Shown piece after piece: positions 13,901 to 27,652 of a DNA stretch of 64,000 nt. Origin of the DNA: Tubulanus polymorphus. Lineage: Eukaryota; Animalia; Nemertea. Both the position numbers and the translations under genes were made by a program. Each line of letters begins with the position of its first letter. The first letter of the stretch is position 1. The notes beneath the pieces were generated by a model, which saw nothing but the letters and a program-made list of their open reading frames with translations, searched no databases and was not told the origin of the DNA. The stretch covers positions 26,260,150 through 26,324,149 of the forward strand of contig NC_134026.1 in assembly GCF_964204645.1 (NCBI RefSeq), in the 5' to 3' direction.

Positions 13901-16900
13901 ACATACATCAAAGCATTCATGCATTGATCATCAAACAATAAAATTGAATTAATTAGTCAAAATTACATTATCAGCATCTGTGATATAGGGTTTCATGCAT
14001 ATGGATATATATATATATATAACTGTGTACGACAGAAACAAAAGCAGTTACCTATAACTACCATTAGCAAAATAATAATCATTCGCTAGGAAAATTGGCC
14101 GAAATATCATTTTCGAATGTAAAAAATATGACCTGGAATCATGGAGCATTAGCTCTGATACTGCTATATGTTTTAGGAATGATGACAGACCAAGTCCGTA
14201 TAAGCGGGGAGGTCACAGCCAGTACAAAGCTTATTGTCAAGTGAACTTTGGCACGTGTGTCATATTTGTTTTACAATCAGCCCACACATTGATATGGAAT
14301 TTGATTTTAGATCTGAAGTATATTCCCAACAGAGGGGCAATAAATGAAATTGTCTTGCAATTGAGAGATGGATGGTGGTCTAGGCTACTGCTCGGGAACT
14401 GTCCGTTTTAACTTACGTTGATCATAGCGGTAGAAGTGATGCGGAATAAAGTCGCTCGTTCATTGATGGCTTTGATTTTTGAAGCAGTGTCTGTCGCGTT
14501 GTCGAGCAACTCCACCTCGGACAGCGATCTCTGTAAAGCGGCGCCATGTTTCACGATCAGCTCGTTACACGTGTTCAAATCTTCCAGTTTCGAACTGAGG
14601 GTCCGCAGAATGTTCTGAATTTCATTCTTGTCCGGTTGATTCGGCACTTCTTCACCGTCTTCTTCATCTGTGAGGACAATGACTGAGATATATGAACAGA
14701 TTAGCTTCGTTTACAACATTGACACCACCACACATACAGCAATATCTACCAAACATCACCCATCAAGTTAAGCGAATTGCTCTCATGAGCAGTTTTTCTC
14801 TGAAAGTGGTTTGATCTGTATCAAATTATCATCACGATAACTGCTTTGTGAATTCATGAATTTTTTGTCATATACATTAACGCTATGGTATATCTAATCT
14901 TTCTTGAAAACGATGTTTGGTATTTTGATTCATTCATGCTATTAGTATTTGTTATGTATGGACCCTATTCATTACCCAACCCACAAGTAGCAATGCATAA
15001 ATGTACACCGGGACATTACAAAGAAATGTTGCGAAGATAGATCCAATAATCTGTAAACACATGTTGCAGACACATTGATTTAAGTATCATCTACATATTG
15101 ATTCGATTGATTAATTTGATTTCACGTTCTCAATCTAAGCAAATCACATAGTTGTATTGACTAAGAATCCAAAACAAAAAAGCATTAAGCTTAGGTGAAC
15201 AGCAATAACATAGAAACCAAGCTCTAATCATCACATTCTGATTTCTCTCTCTCTCTGACAATTCATCTAGCTAAAAATCCATACATCAGGTAAAATTGCA
15301 TCATATCCACTAAAAAGGGGGATGCTTATGTACTTTAGGAGAGAGTACCTCCATATAGCCTAAACAATATCTCAATGAATGTGCAAGAGATTGTTTGAAA
15401 ATACTCCTAACAAATACAGGATAGAAACAGTTGAAGTGTGCTCACCACCAAATCTGTGAATGACAAGACATCAATGCCGAGGAGACAGGAAGGCACAACT
15501 GATACAATATCTAGTGAATAATCCAAATAACATCCTCTCTCAGTTCAGACGAATCTTACCAACGTCGTAAGTACTTTCAGTATAACGTCTGGGACAAAGT
15601 TGTCGGCAACGGCAGTGCATAAAGAAATATAGAAACAGTGTGCAAACACTGTATACACCGCAATATTCCATACACCTTATCATTCTGATTATATCAGAAA
15701 AATTGAAAATTGGTGAAAAATCGAGCATACATTGAGATTCTTAAATCAGTTCAGGAACCGGTGACCTAGTCAATCCTGAATTAAATCTCATTTAAAAACG
15801 TTGATGGAAAATGAATGGTATGTTTTTCAGTCAAAACCCAAACACAGGAACATCCTGGATGGATGGTTGATCCATATACTGGAGTAGTTAGCTAATATAA
15901 TCACACAGTCGATTTACATCCGCCACGCTGATTTTTATGAAGAAACCATAAAAAAATCTATGGTATACAAAAATCCATTCTTCATACATAGCAGAATATG
16001 CACATATCCGCAATATTAACTGGAGTAACCTTCATTCTCCGGATAATTCGCCAACTGATATGATCACTAGCTATCCTTACACGTACGAAGGGCCTGGCTC
16101 ATACTAATTAATTTATTTCCAATAAATCATATTCTCTCGATGATTCGGTATAATTCCAGCATGTCTACGACAACGATGACGACCATCTTTCTACACCCAT
16201 TATCAGATCATTGGAATAAACGAAACATTCAGTTTCCTGAACTGAAATAATTGACTCCATTTATACCAGCGCTAGATCGCAATAACAACACAAAGCTTAA
16301 ACTATGATTCCTGATGCACTGTATTTCAGTATTCCTTGAATGACGATTCAATGTCTGCCGATTGGTTAAATACACAGTCGATGTCGCGTGTCGCGCAGAA
16401 AAACACGAATTAAATAAAACATAACCAGCATACGACATCAATAGGTGTAACATGACTGCAGAAAACTGCCACTGGGTGAACTGACTGACTTCCATCATTT
16501 CACCGAATTATCATATATAAGTATGGTATCAAATGCCAAATGCATCCGCGCATACATAGTTTCAGGATTGAGAAGAGAAACGATCTAAAAACCTTCCAAA
16601 ACATTCATCTTCATTAAGAGAGAGAAACCAAAAAAAAATATCGTTAACGTAAATATTCAATCACTCTAAATCAACACAAAATAACCGTTTAATGACATAT
16701 GATTTAATAGTTTGATTATGTATAGGATACATTGTATATGAAGAATCACACAATCTGTAGCTTAGAACAAATAATTCTATATGAAACGATGACTCATCTA
16801 TGTGACCACCCGGAGGCAGTTAAATACAGAAAAATCAATTTGTTCAAAAAGAGTAGTTATAATGTATCAATCCAAGTATATCAAAGAATCCGTCATATTG

Positions 16901-19008
16901 TTCTTAATTTCGCTTTAGGTTCGTTTCGAATGTAGATGTGAAATATGCCCTTAGAATATTTTACTCTTATTACGCGATACATGAAGTCAACAAAGAATGT
17001 GTCACTTTTTGATGTCGGAAACCGAAAAAGCAATATACTCGTGGAAATGGTAACTTGCGATCAGTAGCAGAACGGAGTTTTATTTTTTCTTAATCGTGCA
17101 AATATTTTATCACGTAGGAACATGGAAGTTCCGAGGTACCGAGTATTTAACAGTTAATAACTCAGATGATTATATCACATGTTTACCCATCATCACGTGA
17201 ATCATGCCATTAACGGTTACAGCAACTAGTTTTTATTACGCACTAAATCTGAGGTTTTGTATGAACTTGGAGTCAGGTCAACAATTGTCAATCATTATGG
17301 GATAGCTGTTAAATGGCAAGTTATACCGGGAAATGTCCAATAGAGACGAGTAGTATGTAGAGGAATGCTTAAAACGACATCATTTACAGATACATAAAAA
17401 AACCAACAAATTCCACCAGGTATGAATCGGCAAACTTGATCAGACAATTTTGCAAGCTGATGCATTTATAGGCAAGCGCAATGACGAGGGGCCACCTGTT
17501 ACCATTTCAGCTCTACATATAAACATATACACTGGAGACAAATATACGCTTTTCTGATATTACCCCTCTAATAACCTCTAAAACGGTGGGTAAAACATAT
17601 TTGCGATACGCCGGAAAGTCCCTTTATAGGCAATAAAAATGCCAAAGTAGAAGCTATTTAGACAAGCCTTGGAGAGAAGAATGGTCTAAAATACCATTAC
17701 AGCAATCGAGAGCTAGACTAGAAAAATATCCACCTGACTGTTACGTTCAGGTAGTTCCATAGTCAATTTGTGGTAATCCATTTCTCTATCACCTAAATGA
17801 GATTTAACAGATGCTACAAATTATATGATTTTGAAAAGCTAAATTTGAAAATTTCATCATGCGTAATTTTTTCCTCGTCTATAAAGCCACTGGTGAAGAC
17901 AGACCCGGGAACCTGGAAATTATAGCTGGATGAATTCAGAGTTATAGAAACAATAATATCCAAACTATAGCAGCTAAAAACTAAAAGAACTGGGAAGAGA
18001 ATTTTGTTGTTTAAGAAGCAGAAACATTGCACCATGCAAGCAGGTACGCAAATAGTGTCTACTTAAACAACTTACATGCTTCACGGGATATGAAAAGAAA
18101 ATTTGAATCTATGGTAAATATATGAGAAGGTAAAAATATGAACTCTTTCTAACATTGACAGAACTCGAGAAATGATGAACTCTTTCTACCATTTTGATAA
18201 CAGAACTTGAGAAATGATCATTCAAGGAAGAGACACAACTTCTAACAGGTTTTTCCCTGACTTCTAGAAATTATTCACTTGTACTATACTGGCTTGGAGG
18301 AATTGTGAGGATCAGAATACAAGCCTTATTCCTCTGGATTTGTAACGGGGCACACACATACAAAACATACAACCTAGAGAGGTAAACATACCTGATGATA
18401 TCAAATTTATCGCTTTCGTTTTTGCTAGTTCAAGGGCTGTTACCCATCTCTGGCGTTCCACTTCTGAGCTGGCTCGAAGGTGGAAACTCTGCGTTCCCCC
18501 GTTGGAGATAACCAATCCACACGAATCTTCTATATGTATAAATGCATTTGCTAGGTTCAGAGTACCACGACAAGTGTGGGCCATCTCTGCTTGATTTCTG
18601 AAATAGGATAAACATATCTATAAAATACAGGTGAAATGCAATGGAATGCAACGGCCCTCCACGAAGGTGTTGCAATACAGCATTTGTTTTGTGTAGGCCT
18701 AGTCCATGCATGCATACCTCATAGAATGAGGTACACGAAGTAAGAGGAAGGTGCATTCATTCTCAAATTAGCCAGGCTGGGTTGACATGAAAATGACAGG
18801 AAAGAATGGATAGGATAGGCTGTGCCTGTGGTGTGGATGGAAGTCGAGACTCGAGTCGAGGAGGAAAAAATGTAGTGTCAAACCTGTAGTATGATAGTAA
18901 TCCATTTTGGAGGACAAACCAGCGCTTCTGGTAACCTTTTATGTAATTAGTCCACTTATAGAGCCAGCCCTTGTATTGATCCGATTGATTGTGCTTTGCT
19001 TCAGACAT
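10991..19008 (-). CDS. OSBP: Oxysterol-binding protein (OSBP/OSBP2 type): PH + FFAT + ORD; multi-exon
   Basis: PH domain ([21 protein letters not shown]), FFAT motif EFYDAPE, ORD motifs [12 protein letters not shown] and EQVSHHPP (split across an intron), C-terminus DWADCPDIF*. Probable ~2 kb 3'UTR to an AATAAA at ~8970. Confidence 0.96.
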
Positions 19009-19300
19009 TTTGGGGGCGAAAATGAATATGATTTTCCGGCAACATTTGCAAGGGAACAGGAAGTAACAAAATGGCTGTAGATTATTGTCACATCAGTTAT
19101 TACAAAGGTCATTGCTACATCATTTTCTCTGATTTTCTTTTATCCATTGTAATAGAACAATTCGGAATCATTTGATATAATTTTCATTACTTTAAAATTT
19201 CTCGTGAAACTGAATATAATCGTCAATATGCTATTGATATGACTATTAATTGTTGTCACATAGATTTTGTTTCAAAATGGCCGCCTGACTGTTCAGTTTT
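19009..19300. promoter_or_regulatory. Probable bidirectional promoter OSBP/MZT2
   Basis: Head-to-head arrangement. ETS CAGGAAGT at ~19057; YY1-like AAAATGGC at ~19068 and AAAATGGCCGCC at ~19274. Confidence 0.5.
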
Positions 19301-19558
19301 CGAGTTTTCATTAGAAACACTCAGTTTTAGCGATTTTAACTGCTTGGCTAGAGAGTTTACAAATTTTTAGATAGTTTCTTAGTAAGTTCTTTAGTGTCTT
19401 GATTTAAATTCTTACTTTCACGGTTATGTTATTTATCATTCATCAAAAAATGATTAAATAATCATTGAAATTTGGAATTCTATACGTAAGTGCCACCTGG
19501 TGGTAGAATATGTAAATAAATGTAACATCGATCTTTTCAGGGATACAGAACCAGTGTG

Positions 19559-20012
19559 ATGACGACTCCAACTCCACAAGCTCAGATTGCCAAATCTCAA
19601 ACGATGAAATTTACTTTGCTTAGTAAAAATGTATTGAGTGCAGATGAAGCAGAATTGTATGAATTGGGTCATCTCGCTGGAGTTGTGATGGATCCAAATC
19701 TCTTCAAGTATGTTTCATTATTATCTTTTTATTCCGCGCTTATTTTGAGAGTGAAGCATGAATCCGCATAATATTTCTATTTACAGGATTGTATTGGACC
19801 TGTTGAAGATGAACATTGCTCCTACGGTGATAATGCAAATGTTGAAATCGATTCGTAATCAAAAACGTGCGAAAAAAGACGTTGCTAGTCGATCACAGAG
19901 CGTTGTTACAGTTCAATCAGCTGGATCAATGGAGTTCTCTGGAAATGTAATTAAACGTATTCGACCTCCATCTAGGGCTCGATCTGAGAAAACAGACTCT
20001 GATAGATCATGA
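19559..20012 (+). CDS. MZT2: Mitotic spindle organizing protein 2 (MOZART2); exons 19559-19707 and 19787-20012
   Basis: KNVLSADEAELYELGHLAGVVMDPNLFKIVLDLLKMNIAP matches the recalled MZT2 core KKVLSTEEMELYELAQAAG..DPDVFKILVDLLKLNVAP. Confidence 0.9.
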
Positions 20013-20999
20013 GATTGACCATTTTTATGAACTAAACATTTTCAACTTTGAATGCATTTTAATTGCTCTGCGGAATAAAATATCATCCCCTTTCAACAGG
20101 AATATATATATTTTTTTAGTGTAAATAAATTATATAAAAGAAGTTTGCAGTTTTAGTTTTATCATATTTTGATTGTAGCCAGTCTGGCCTATATGACGGG
20201 TTTCCTTGTTTCACATGTCTTTATTGCTAGGTAACGCGTAGCCTTGTTGTTTCACATTTTCCAGCTATCAAGTGTGTTTTTGATACACACTGGCGATTGT
20301 AATACTACTTTATGTGGTTTGGTGATCCAGAATTTTAATTTCGTTGTAGAGACCATCTTAATGTCTCAAACTTATTGAAAAGTGAAAAAGTGAAGCACCT
20401 GGAAATAATAACTAAATTGTTTTGTGTCTAAAAATGAGATCATTTATTCTAGCACATAGTAGTGGTGAAAAACAAAATCCAAGAAAACAGTACAGCAGTT
20501 GAATAGTATGACCACATGAACAATTAACTCTGTAACAAATGTAGATTCTTCTGGTCAAACCTTATTACATCTATGAGGTCTAAAATCATAACATTATATC
20601 ATTTATGTAGAGTAGTTGATAGTTTGTGTTCTCCCACAAGCATTACACAAAGAAGAATGAATTTCCGTTGAAACCGGTTTGGTTTTAAAACAATCTATTA
20701 AAACTTTAATAAATAACAGATGACTATTTGTTCAGCACATTTTGTAGTATCACAAAAGTAAGGGAAAATCATGAAGTATAGTTTAACCTTTAACAGTCCA
20801 GCTAAGGTAGTAGTTGTACATTTCAGTTTTACCTTCACCAGGTTATAGAAAGAGTCTACAGCTCTATCTTGTATTGATAATCCATTTCCAATATTTTTTG
20901 CCCAGGGAAACCCAACCAGGATCCCAGATATGCCCTCAATAAATGTAAAACCAACTGATGTATTGAGCGACAATACATAATATATGTCAGAAATCAAGA

Positions 21000-23900
21000 T
21001 TAGAATCCTTGCAATTCAGGAATATTATCATACAGATCAAGTGATTCTGGATTTGAATATGCTCCTCTTTGTGTAACTTTCATGCCAGCTAAGATCTTAC
21101 GAATGGCTACTTCAACTTTTTTCCCACTGACAGTGTACTGAAATTAAGACAGAAAATTTGTTGATTTTATAGAACTTCGACATTAAGTTTGATATTATAT
21201 TCATAGTCATACCGGAATATCCTGGATTTGAAGAATGACTGATGGTACATGTCTAGCTGATAACTGCAGACGAATATTAGTCCTCAAACGCTTCACAAGA
21301 TCTTCATTAAATGGACTTCCATCGACCATTTTAATGAACAACACAACCCGTTCTTCCATACCATCCTTACTACGTTGACTGACGCATACACTGTCATCTA
21401 TCTCTTTAAAAGTCTCAACTACATAAGAAATTTAAGTGTTATATGATGTAATTGAATCATCATTCAATTGACAATTCAAAATTCTTAGATTCTTTGAAAC
21501 ATACCAATGTTATAAATTTCAGCACTACCAAATCGAACACCGTTGGGGTTCAATGTTCCATCACTGAAATAAAATACAATCATATTGGTATCGTAGATGT
21601 ATCAATTACTGTATTCATATTCAACAAATGTAAGCAAATTACCTTCTTCCTAACATAAGAATACCTCCTGTTTGAGAACTAATTGAACAGAAGTCACCAT
21701 GAGCCCAAACACCAGGAAATTTACTGAAATAGGCTTTCTTGTATAACGCGTTTTCCTCATCATTCCAGAATGAAGTCGGCATCGAAGGAAAGGGCTTGAG
21801 ACAAACCAATTCTCCACTTTCATCGAGTAGGGATTTACCTACAGTGTTAAATCAATGAAGATATATTATATTATAAAAAGTATGTATGTAATAGTTAAAC
21901 CGAATGGAATGTAATTCTAACCTCCTTCGTCCCAACATTCTATGGCCATTCCGAGGTGACGACTTTGGATTTCACCACGATAAACCGGGACATTCCAGTT
22001 CTGTCCCATAAAACAGGCAATTATATCAGTACCCCCTGAAAAACATGTACAATTATACATTGATTACCAGAGACATAGCAGTGTAAAGAACAGAGTTTGC
22101 ATTGAGGTATTTTACCCGAGATTGATCCAACGAGTAAATCTTTCTTGATATCGCAGTAGATATAATCAAAGGTTTGTGGTTTCAGTGGAGATCCAGTTGA
22201 GAGAATAGTATGAAGACTGGTCAGTTTGTGGGTTTTCACTAAAACATAAGACAATTTCAACACTTGATTATCCTCTGCGCATATGCAAATAGTTTTGGGA
22301 TTGACAATATGAATGTATATTTTTGTACATACTTGGTTTGATGCCTTTTTCATCAAGTACAGCCAGCCATTTTGCCCCTGTACCCAAAACAGTAATGCTG
22401 TAAATGAATGACAAAGACATAAGAAAAAATGTATATCTATATACATGTATCGGGTAAGTAATTGTTTTTCCAAATTACCCAATCTTGTCAACAAGGTCCC
22501 ACAGTACTGTAGCACTGGGAACCAGTGGTGAACCATCATAGCAGACTATTGCACTACCAACAGCTAAACATGTCACAAGCCAATTCCACATCATCCAACC
22601 ACTCTGGAAATAGAAATAAAATATGCTACGGGTGATGACTTCCTGAGCTGAAGATGATGCAAGAAATCATCTCTGCTTCATTTATACCGTTGTATAATAC
22701 ATCATTATATCATCTCTGTTCATGTTTCCTTGTAGCATGTGCTCTTCTAAATGTTTCATCAATGTGCCCTGTAAATAATACAACATCATTTAAATCTGAC
22801 TGGTGCACATTAAATCTTTCAATACATTTTAGTATAAGATGCAATTGACTTACCCCTGCTGAATGCACCATACACTTTGGAACCCCTGTTGTTCCAGATG
22901 AATACATTATAAATAATGGATGATTAAACGGTAATTGTTCGAATACTAATTCAGGCTCGTCACCATTTTTATCTAATCCCATTTCAAGAAACTCATCTAA
23001 GGAACAACTAGAAAATCAATTAATCAGACAAATCATTCATACACCGCCCTCATCACAAAACACATTTAGCAATAAGAAAAATCATCTAACCTATTGGGAA
23101 TAGCCGAAATGTCCATACTTGCTTCATTCACAAAGGGAATAACAACAACTTTGTTTAAGTCAGATAAACCTAGAAAATAATCAAAATTAAATATACCGGT
23201 ACTGATTATTAAAATTTGACTAAATGGCATGAATTCTATCAATAGGAATATTTTTTACCATTTGCAACCTTCAAAACTTTATCCAAGTGATTATGTGTCT
23301 TGCCATTATACTGTACAGCATTCACAGTAAAAAGCAGATTAGGACGGATTTGTGTAAAACGATCAAGAACTCCCTGTAAATACCATCTTTATGTACAAAT
23401 TTCTGTCAGAAAATCTATAACTGAATGAAATCTAACGAATCAACTTACAGTCACACCAAAGTCTGGCGAGGTAGAACTCCAAATTGCCCCTAAACTGGCT
23501 GCGGCAAGCATTGCTACTACTGCCTCAGGACAGTTAGAAATGTAACCTAAAAAAAAACAGTGATTTCTTTCATGTCGTGTGATAATCGAATTAGTTTTGT
23601 CCGATGTTATCTATGAACGAACCAACGACTCTATCTCCTTTTGCAATTCCCAGCTTTTTCATAGCTACAGCGTATTTTGCCACAAGTTTACGCAATTCGG
23701 CAAATGTTATTTGGCTCACATCTTTTCGGCCTTCACCTAGAGTGGTACAAGATACTTATTGTTATACAACAATATTGTGCATATTCATCAGATCAAACAG
23801 TATAGGAGTCTGACTAGTGAATACCTGTTGAATAAATGGCAACTCTGTCATCATTGTATCTAAGCATATTCTCCGCATAGTTCAATCTACTTCCTTCAAA

Positions 23901-25335
23901 CCACTGAGGTATTTCATCTATTTTTTTGTTTGGATCTACAACCTGAAACCAAAATACTATCTTTTCTTAACAGGGACGAAAATAGTATTGATTGATGTGA
24001 TTTCTATCAGTAATGATTCGCAACTGGAGAAAAAATCAATGATGTCAAGAATCAAGTTGCCAGTGCCATATGTTACAGTAGTTGTGAATGAAACAGACCC
24101 ATTAATCAATACCACAATTAGAATTCACTGACTACGTCAATCATATACCCACTAGGCATATAAACATATTCTGACTGACAGTACTTAGACAAACATCATT
24201 AGATAAAACAGTTGATATCCATTTGACCGAGGAATGAACTTATTTTGACTCAACTCACGACTGTGTAAAGCTGGCTCAAATGCACTGTAAAGATTTTAAA
24301 TGAACTGGTGTATCAGATAAATCTCCAATTGACAATAAACTCTGATTGAATATCAAATATTTCATCAACAGGATCATAGGCTCAAAAACTAATTGCATGC
24401 AGAAAAATCATCATGAATATAATGCATAGAACAGAGAACAATGTACCAGTAAATGCTCATTATTCAAATAAATGCTTGTATTATCATTATGGTGATAGTT
24501 TATAAAGGGTAGATAGTGAAATGCACCCATATTGTGAATACCCAGTATCTATTACGTCACATTGTCTATTCCATAGACTAGTAAGGCATAAAACCAAATA
24601 AATCATTAAAAACCAGACAGACAGGATAACCTCACTGGAAAGGTCAAGCTAGTCTTCCATGATAACATGTTGACACTGTATTGAAAAAGTCTGATATACG
24701 AAAATAGGTCTTGTACTTGTGCACTTCAATGTAATTCTTCTGAAGACACAGCATTCTCATTATAATATAGTTTGCCAGAATATTCTTGTAAGCGGATTAA
24801 ACAGGTAGCTATGTCTACACTAGATATTTGAACTTTTTGGCTAATATCTACACTAGATTAAAAAACCATGCTTATTCAAGTTCCGCCAGACAGATCTGTA
24901 CGAGACATTGTATTCAGTGAAATGTAATTAATGTTTAGCTTGAATTGTGATAACAATATGTTAAAGTAAATAATGAGAACATTTTGAAATTATTAAAAAC
25001 ATAACCCTATAAATTGCTTACCTTCTCAAATGGTTGTGAATGTATGATGTCAGCAAAGTGCCAAAACTCTTCCCAAAATACAGGATAATTTTCAATTGAC
25101 CAGTGATAGAACTCATGGTAGCTATCTTAAAAACAGAAAGAATTTAAAATACATGGAAAACATCATTGATTATCGTAATCTTTTCATATGTAATCAGGCA
25201 ATTGTTTGTTGCTTAAATACCTAATCGCAGCTGAAATTTATTGTTTATCTTCTTCCTGAATTCATCCATACGCGTTACTTGAATTTTATCAGGACACCAC
25301 ATCATTCGTGGCCCCATATCATTAGGTGCATCCAT
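21000..25335 (-). CDS. AACS: Acetoacetyl-CoA synthetase; multi-exon
   Basis: AMP-binding motif [22 protein letters not shown], plus [22 protein letters not shown] and GFWAHGDF. C-terminus IPELQGF* as recalled for vertebrate AACS. Confidence 0.95.
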
Positions 25336-25576
25336 TATTGAACACGATATGCTACAAAACAACAAGGAAGGGTTGAAAGCAGAGTCCTAATGAGACCTCT
25401 GGCTTTAGCCAGGCTAACAAGTTATTAATGATAAGACATGTTGGATCGATTTATTAACCGTTACACAGTGAGTAGATCTAGATGCAGGAGTGATCAATTG
25501 AATTAATGATTGAGCCTACCCCATCTTATTTCGGTAAATAATAACATCTATCTTCTATTGTAATCTGGTGTGTCTG

Positions 25577-25691
25577 TAGTCAGTAACCTGTCTGTGGTTT
25601 AGTTTCACGATCGAATATTTTCACAAACCACAGTTGGTATAAGCCCATCCGATTATAAAAAGCTTACCACCAACGATTAGGTAACTAACTA
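25577..25691. mobile_element. 115-bp non-autonomous DNA transposon (short copy), 9-bp TSD
   Basis: Imperfect TIR TAGTCAGTAACC / GGTAACTAACTA. Near-identical to the two ends of 34116-34962. Flanks GTGTGTCTG / GTGCATCTG. Confidence 0.85.
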
Positions 25692-26169
25692 GTGCATCTG
25701 TGAACCTTGAGTCTCAGGTGCTAACATGGGCCGGGGTAGGAAAATTTGCTTCAGCCCCCCTCTTTTTGGCCTTCCACTCCATAACCGTCTGGTGATGAAG
25801 ATTGGTGATACGTGACGGTGTTGATGGCCAGCAGCAGTGCCAGTGGACACTCACTGTGACGACACTGACTCTCTGTTCTCTCTGTGCCTGTGTGGTGTGT
25901 TACTGTTGTGTTGACTGACATTGACAAGACAGTGAAACTGACAGACTTAACTTTCAATCTCTCTTATAAAAGGCTTTAGCATTAGCCAGATAACGACCAG
26001 AATAACTCCTTACGTACGCCTTTCAATAATATAACATATGCTGTATACTTACTACTTGGTTGAACAACAGAGCGCAACGAAAGTCGATGTCTGTCTGTCT
26101 GCAATCAATTCAATTCAATTGTACCTAGCACTTCCTACTCCACGATGACCTTGGACGACCAAGCGTTCT

Positions 26170-26332
26170 TACAGTTGGTTCGAATCCCATTAATATGTAT
26201 TCCCACTGATCAGACATAACTTGGATTTCTGACCAACTGGGACCACCGATTATTTTCTGATTTACTCGGACTTATGCTTACCTCGGACGGATTTTACCGG
26301 TCCCAGTTTGTCTTTAGGTGACGTTTACTGTA
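26170..26332. mobile_element. Degenerate pogo/Tigger-like MITE
   Basis: TACAGT...ACTGTA termini; internal GGGACC / GGTCCC inverted segments. Confidence 0.35.
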
Positions 26333-27020
26333 TATGAAATATTATTAATCCACATGGCTATAGACTTCAATCGGAGAAAGCTATCAAAATTTAACGACAC
26401 GCTGATATATCAATGGTCATTTTTATTTTTTCCTCAAGACATTACATTCATTTTCAACAAATGGTCTGTGCCTAATGGTATTTTGTAGTATTATCATATT
26501 ACAGCATAAAATCATGACCAAATAAGGATAAGGTGAAACAACAGTTTGTGTTATACAATATTAGAAACACACCGCAAATCTCTGAAATAATTAAAACAAT
26601 AAGTAATAATAAAACACATGCTTTCAAGATTTTCAATCAATTGATATATCGTCTTTCCTGGGCAATATAATTTTCATTGTTAAATTTTGTACAAGAAATA
26701 AATTACATGTTTACACCACATCCTGATTTTTGAATCAAATTTTAACGTTAAAATTTGAATTGTGGGACTTCTCATATTACCTACACTATACACGGACAAA
26801 TGTTTATTCGACTACTACCGAATCCTGTATGCATTGCATCCACACCTCATACTAGGCAACATGACATTGAAAGGCAATTCTGGGAGCTGCCAGGACTGTT
26901 GAAAATGACATTTTCTTTGATTTATCGAGTAGACTCATGACATACAGTCTATTGAATAATATAATGTCCAACGAAGTGACATACACATATTTCTCTCATT
27001 TAAAAATTACATAAGATCTA

Positions 27021-27188
27021 CATTGTAGAGGAACCTCCTTACAATGAACTTTTCGGGACCTGAAAATCAGTTCGTTATAACCGATAGTGTGTTATATCCA
27101 GTATGAAATTAGTCAAATTGTGTTACTTGGAGATGAAATTCTATATTTGTTAATATCCGGTGAATCGTTATTACGAGGTTCTACTGTA
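27021..27188. mobile_element. Pogo/Tc1-mariner-like MITE in the probable SLC7 3'UTR
   Basis: Ends GGAACCTC / GAGGTTCTACTGTA. Shares ends and internal ATATCCAGTA and GTTATAAC motifs with 27514-27652. Confidence 0.6.
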
Positions 27189-27513
27189 CAACAATTGCCG
27201 AGTGAAAGTTTAGGAGCCATTTCAAACATCTAGCAATGGCAGATAATATCACAACACTAAACATAAAATCAACCAGTGCTATTCTTCAATACGGGTTTGG
27301 AGTAATTTTTCTGGATGTGTCTGAGGTAACAGCAGGCATCTCTGAATGACTACAGGATTGGTAACATCTGCATTATAAACCTACACGCACATATGTATAA
27401 AATAAAAACCTGGTTTGAGTGTACACTTGGAACAGATCAAGTTTTGTCAACAGATCAAGTTTTGTCAACATATTAAGATGTTGCTTACGACGATTTGACA
27501 ACTGAAATATACG

Positions 27514-27652
27514 CAGTGGAACCTCATTTCAGGCGACCAGAAAATTTGTTCTCACAACCGATATATAGTTCAGTATGATGATATCCAGTATTATGTCATT
27601 AAATCGGTCATTATTGTTATATCTGAGGTCGTTATAACAAGGTTCCTCTGTA
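27514..27652. mobile_element. Second copy of the same pogo-like MITE family
   Basis: Termini CAGTGGAACCTC / AAGGTTCCTCTG-TA. Confidence 0.6.

Noticed and set aside
18139-18218. Imperfect ~40-bp tandem duplication in an OSBP intron
   Set aside because: An ordinary slippage-type duplication.
22021-22539. 172-aa ORF and similar antisense or off-frame ORFs over AACS, OSBP, TRPV and UBTD exons
   Set aside because: These are shadows of real exons read through introns or on the opposite strand.
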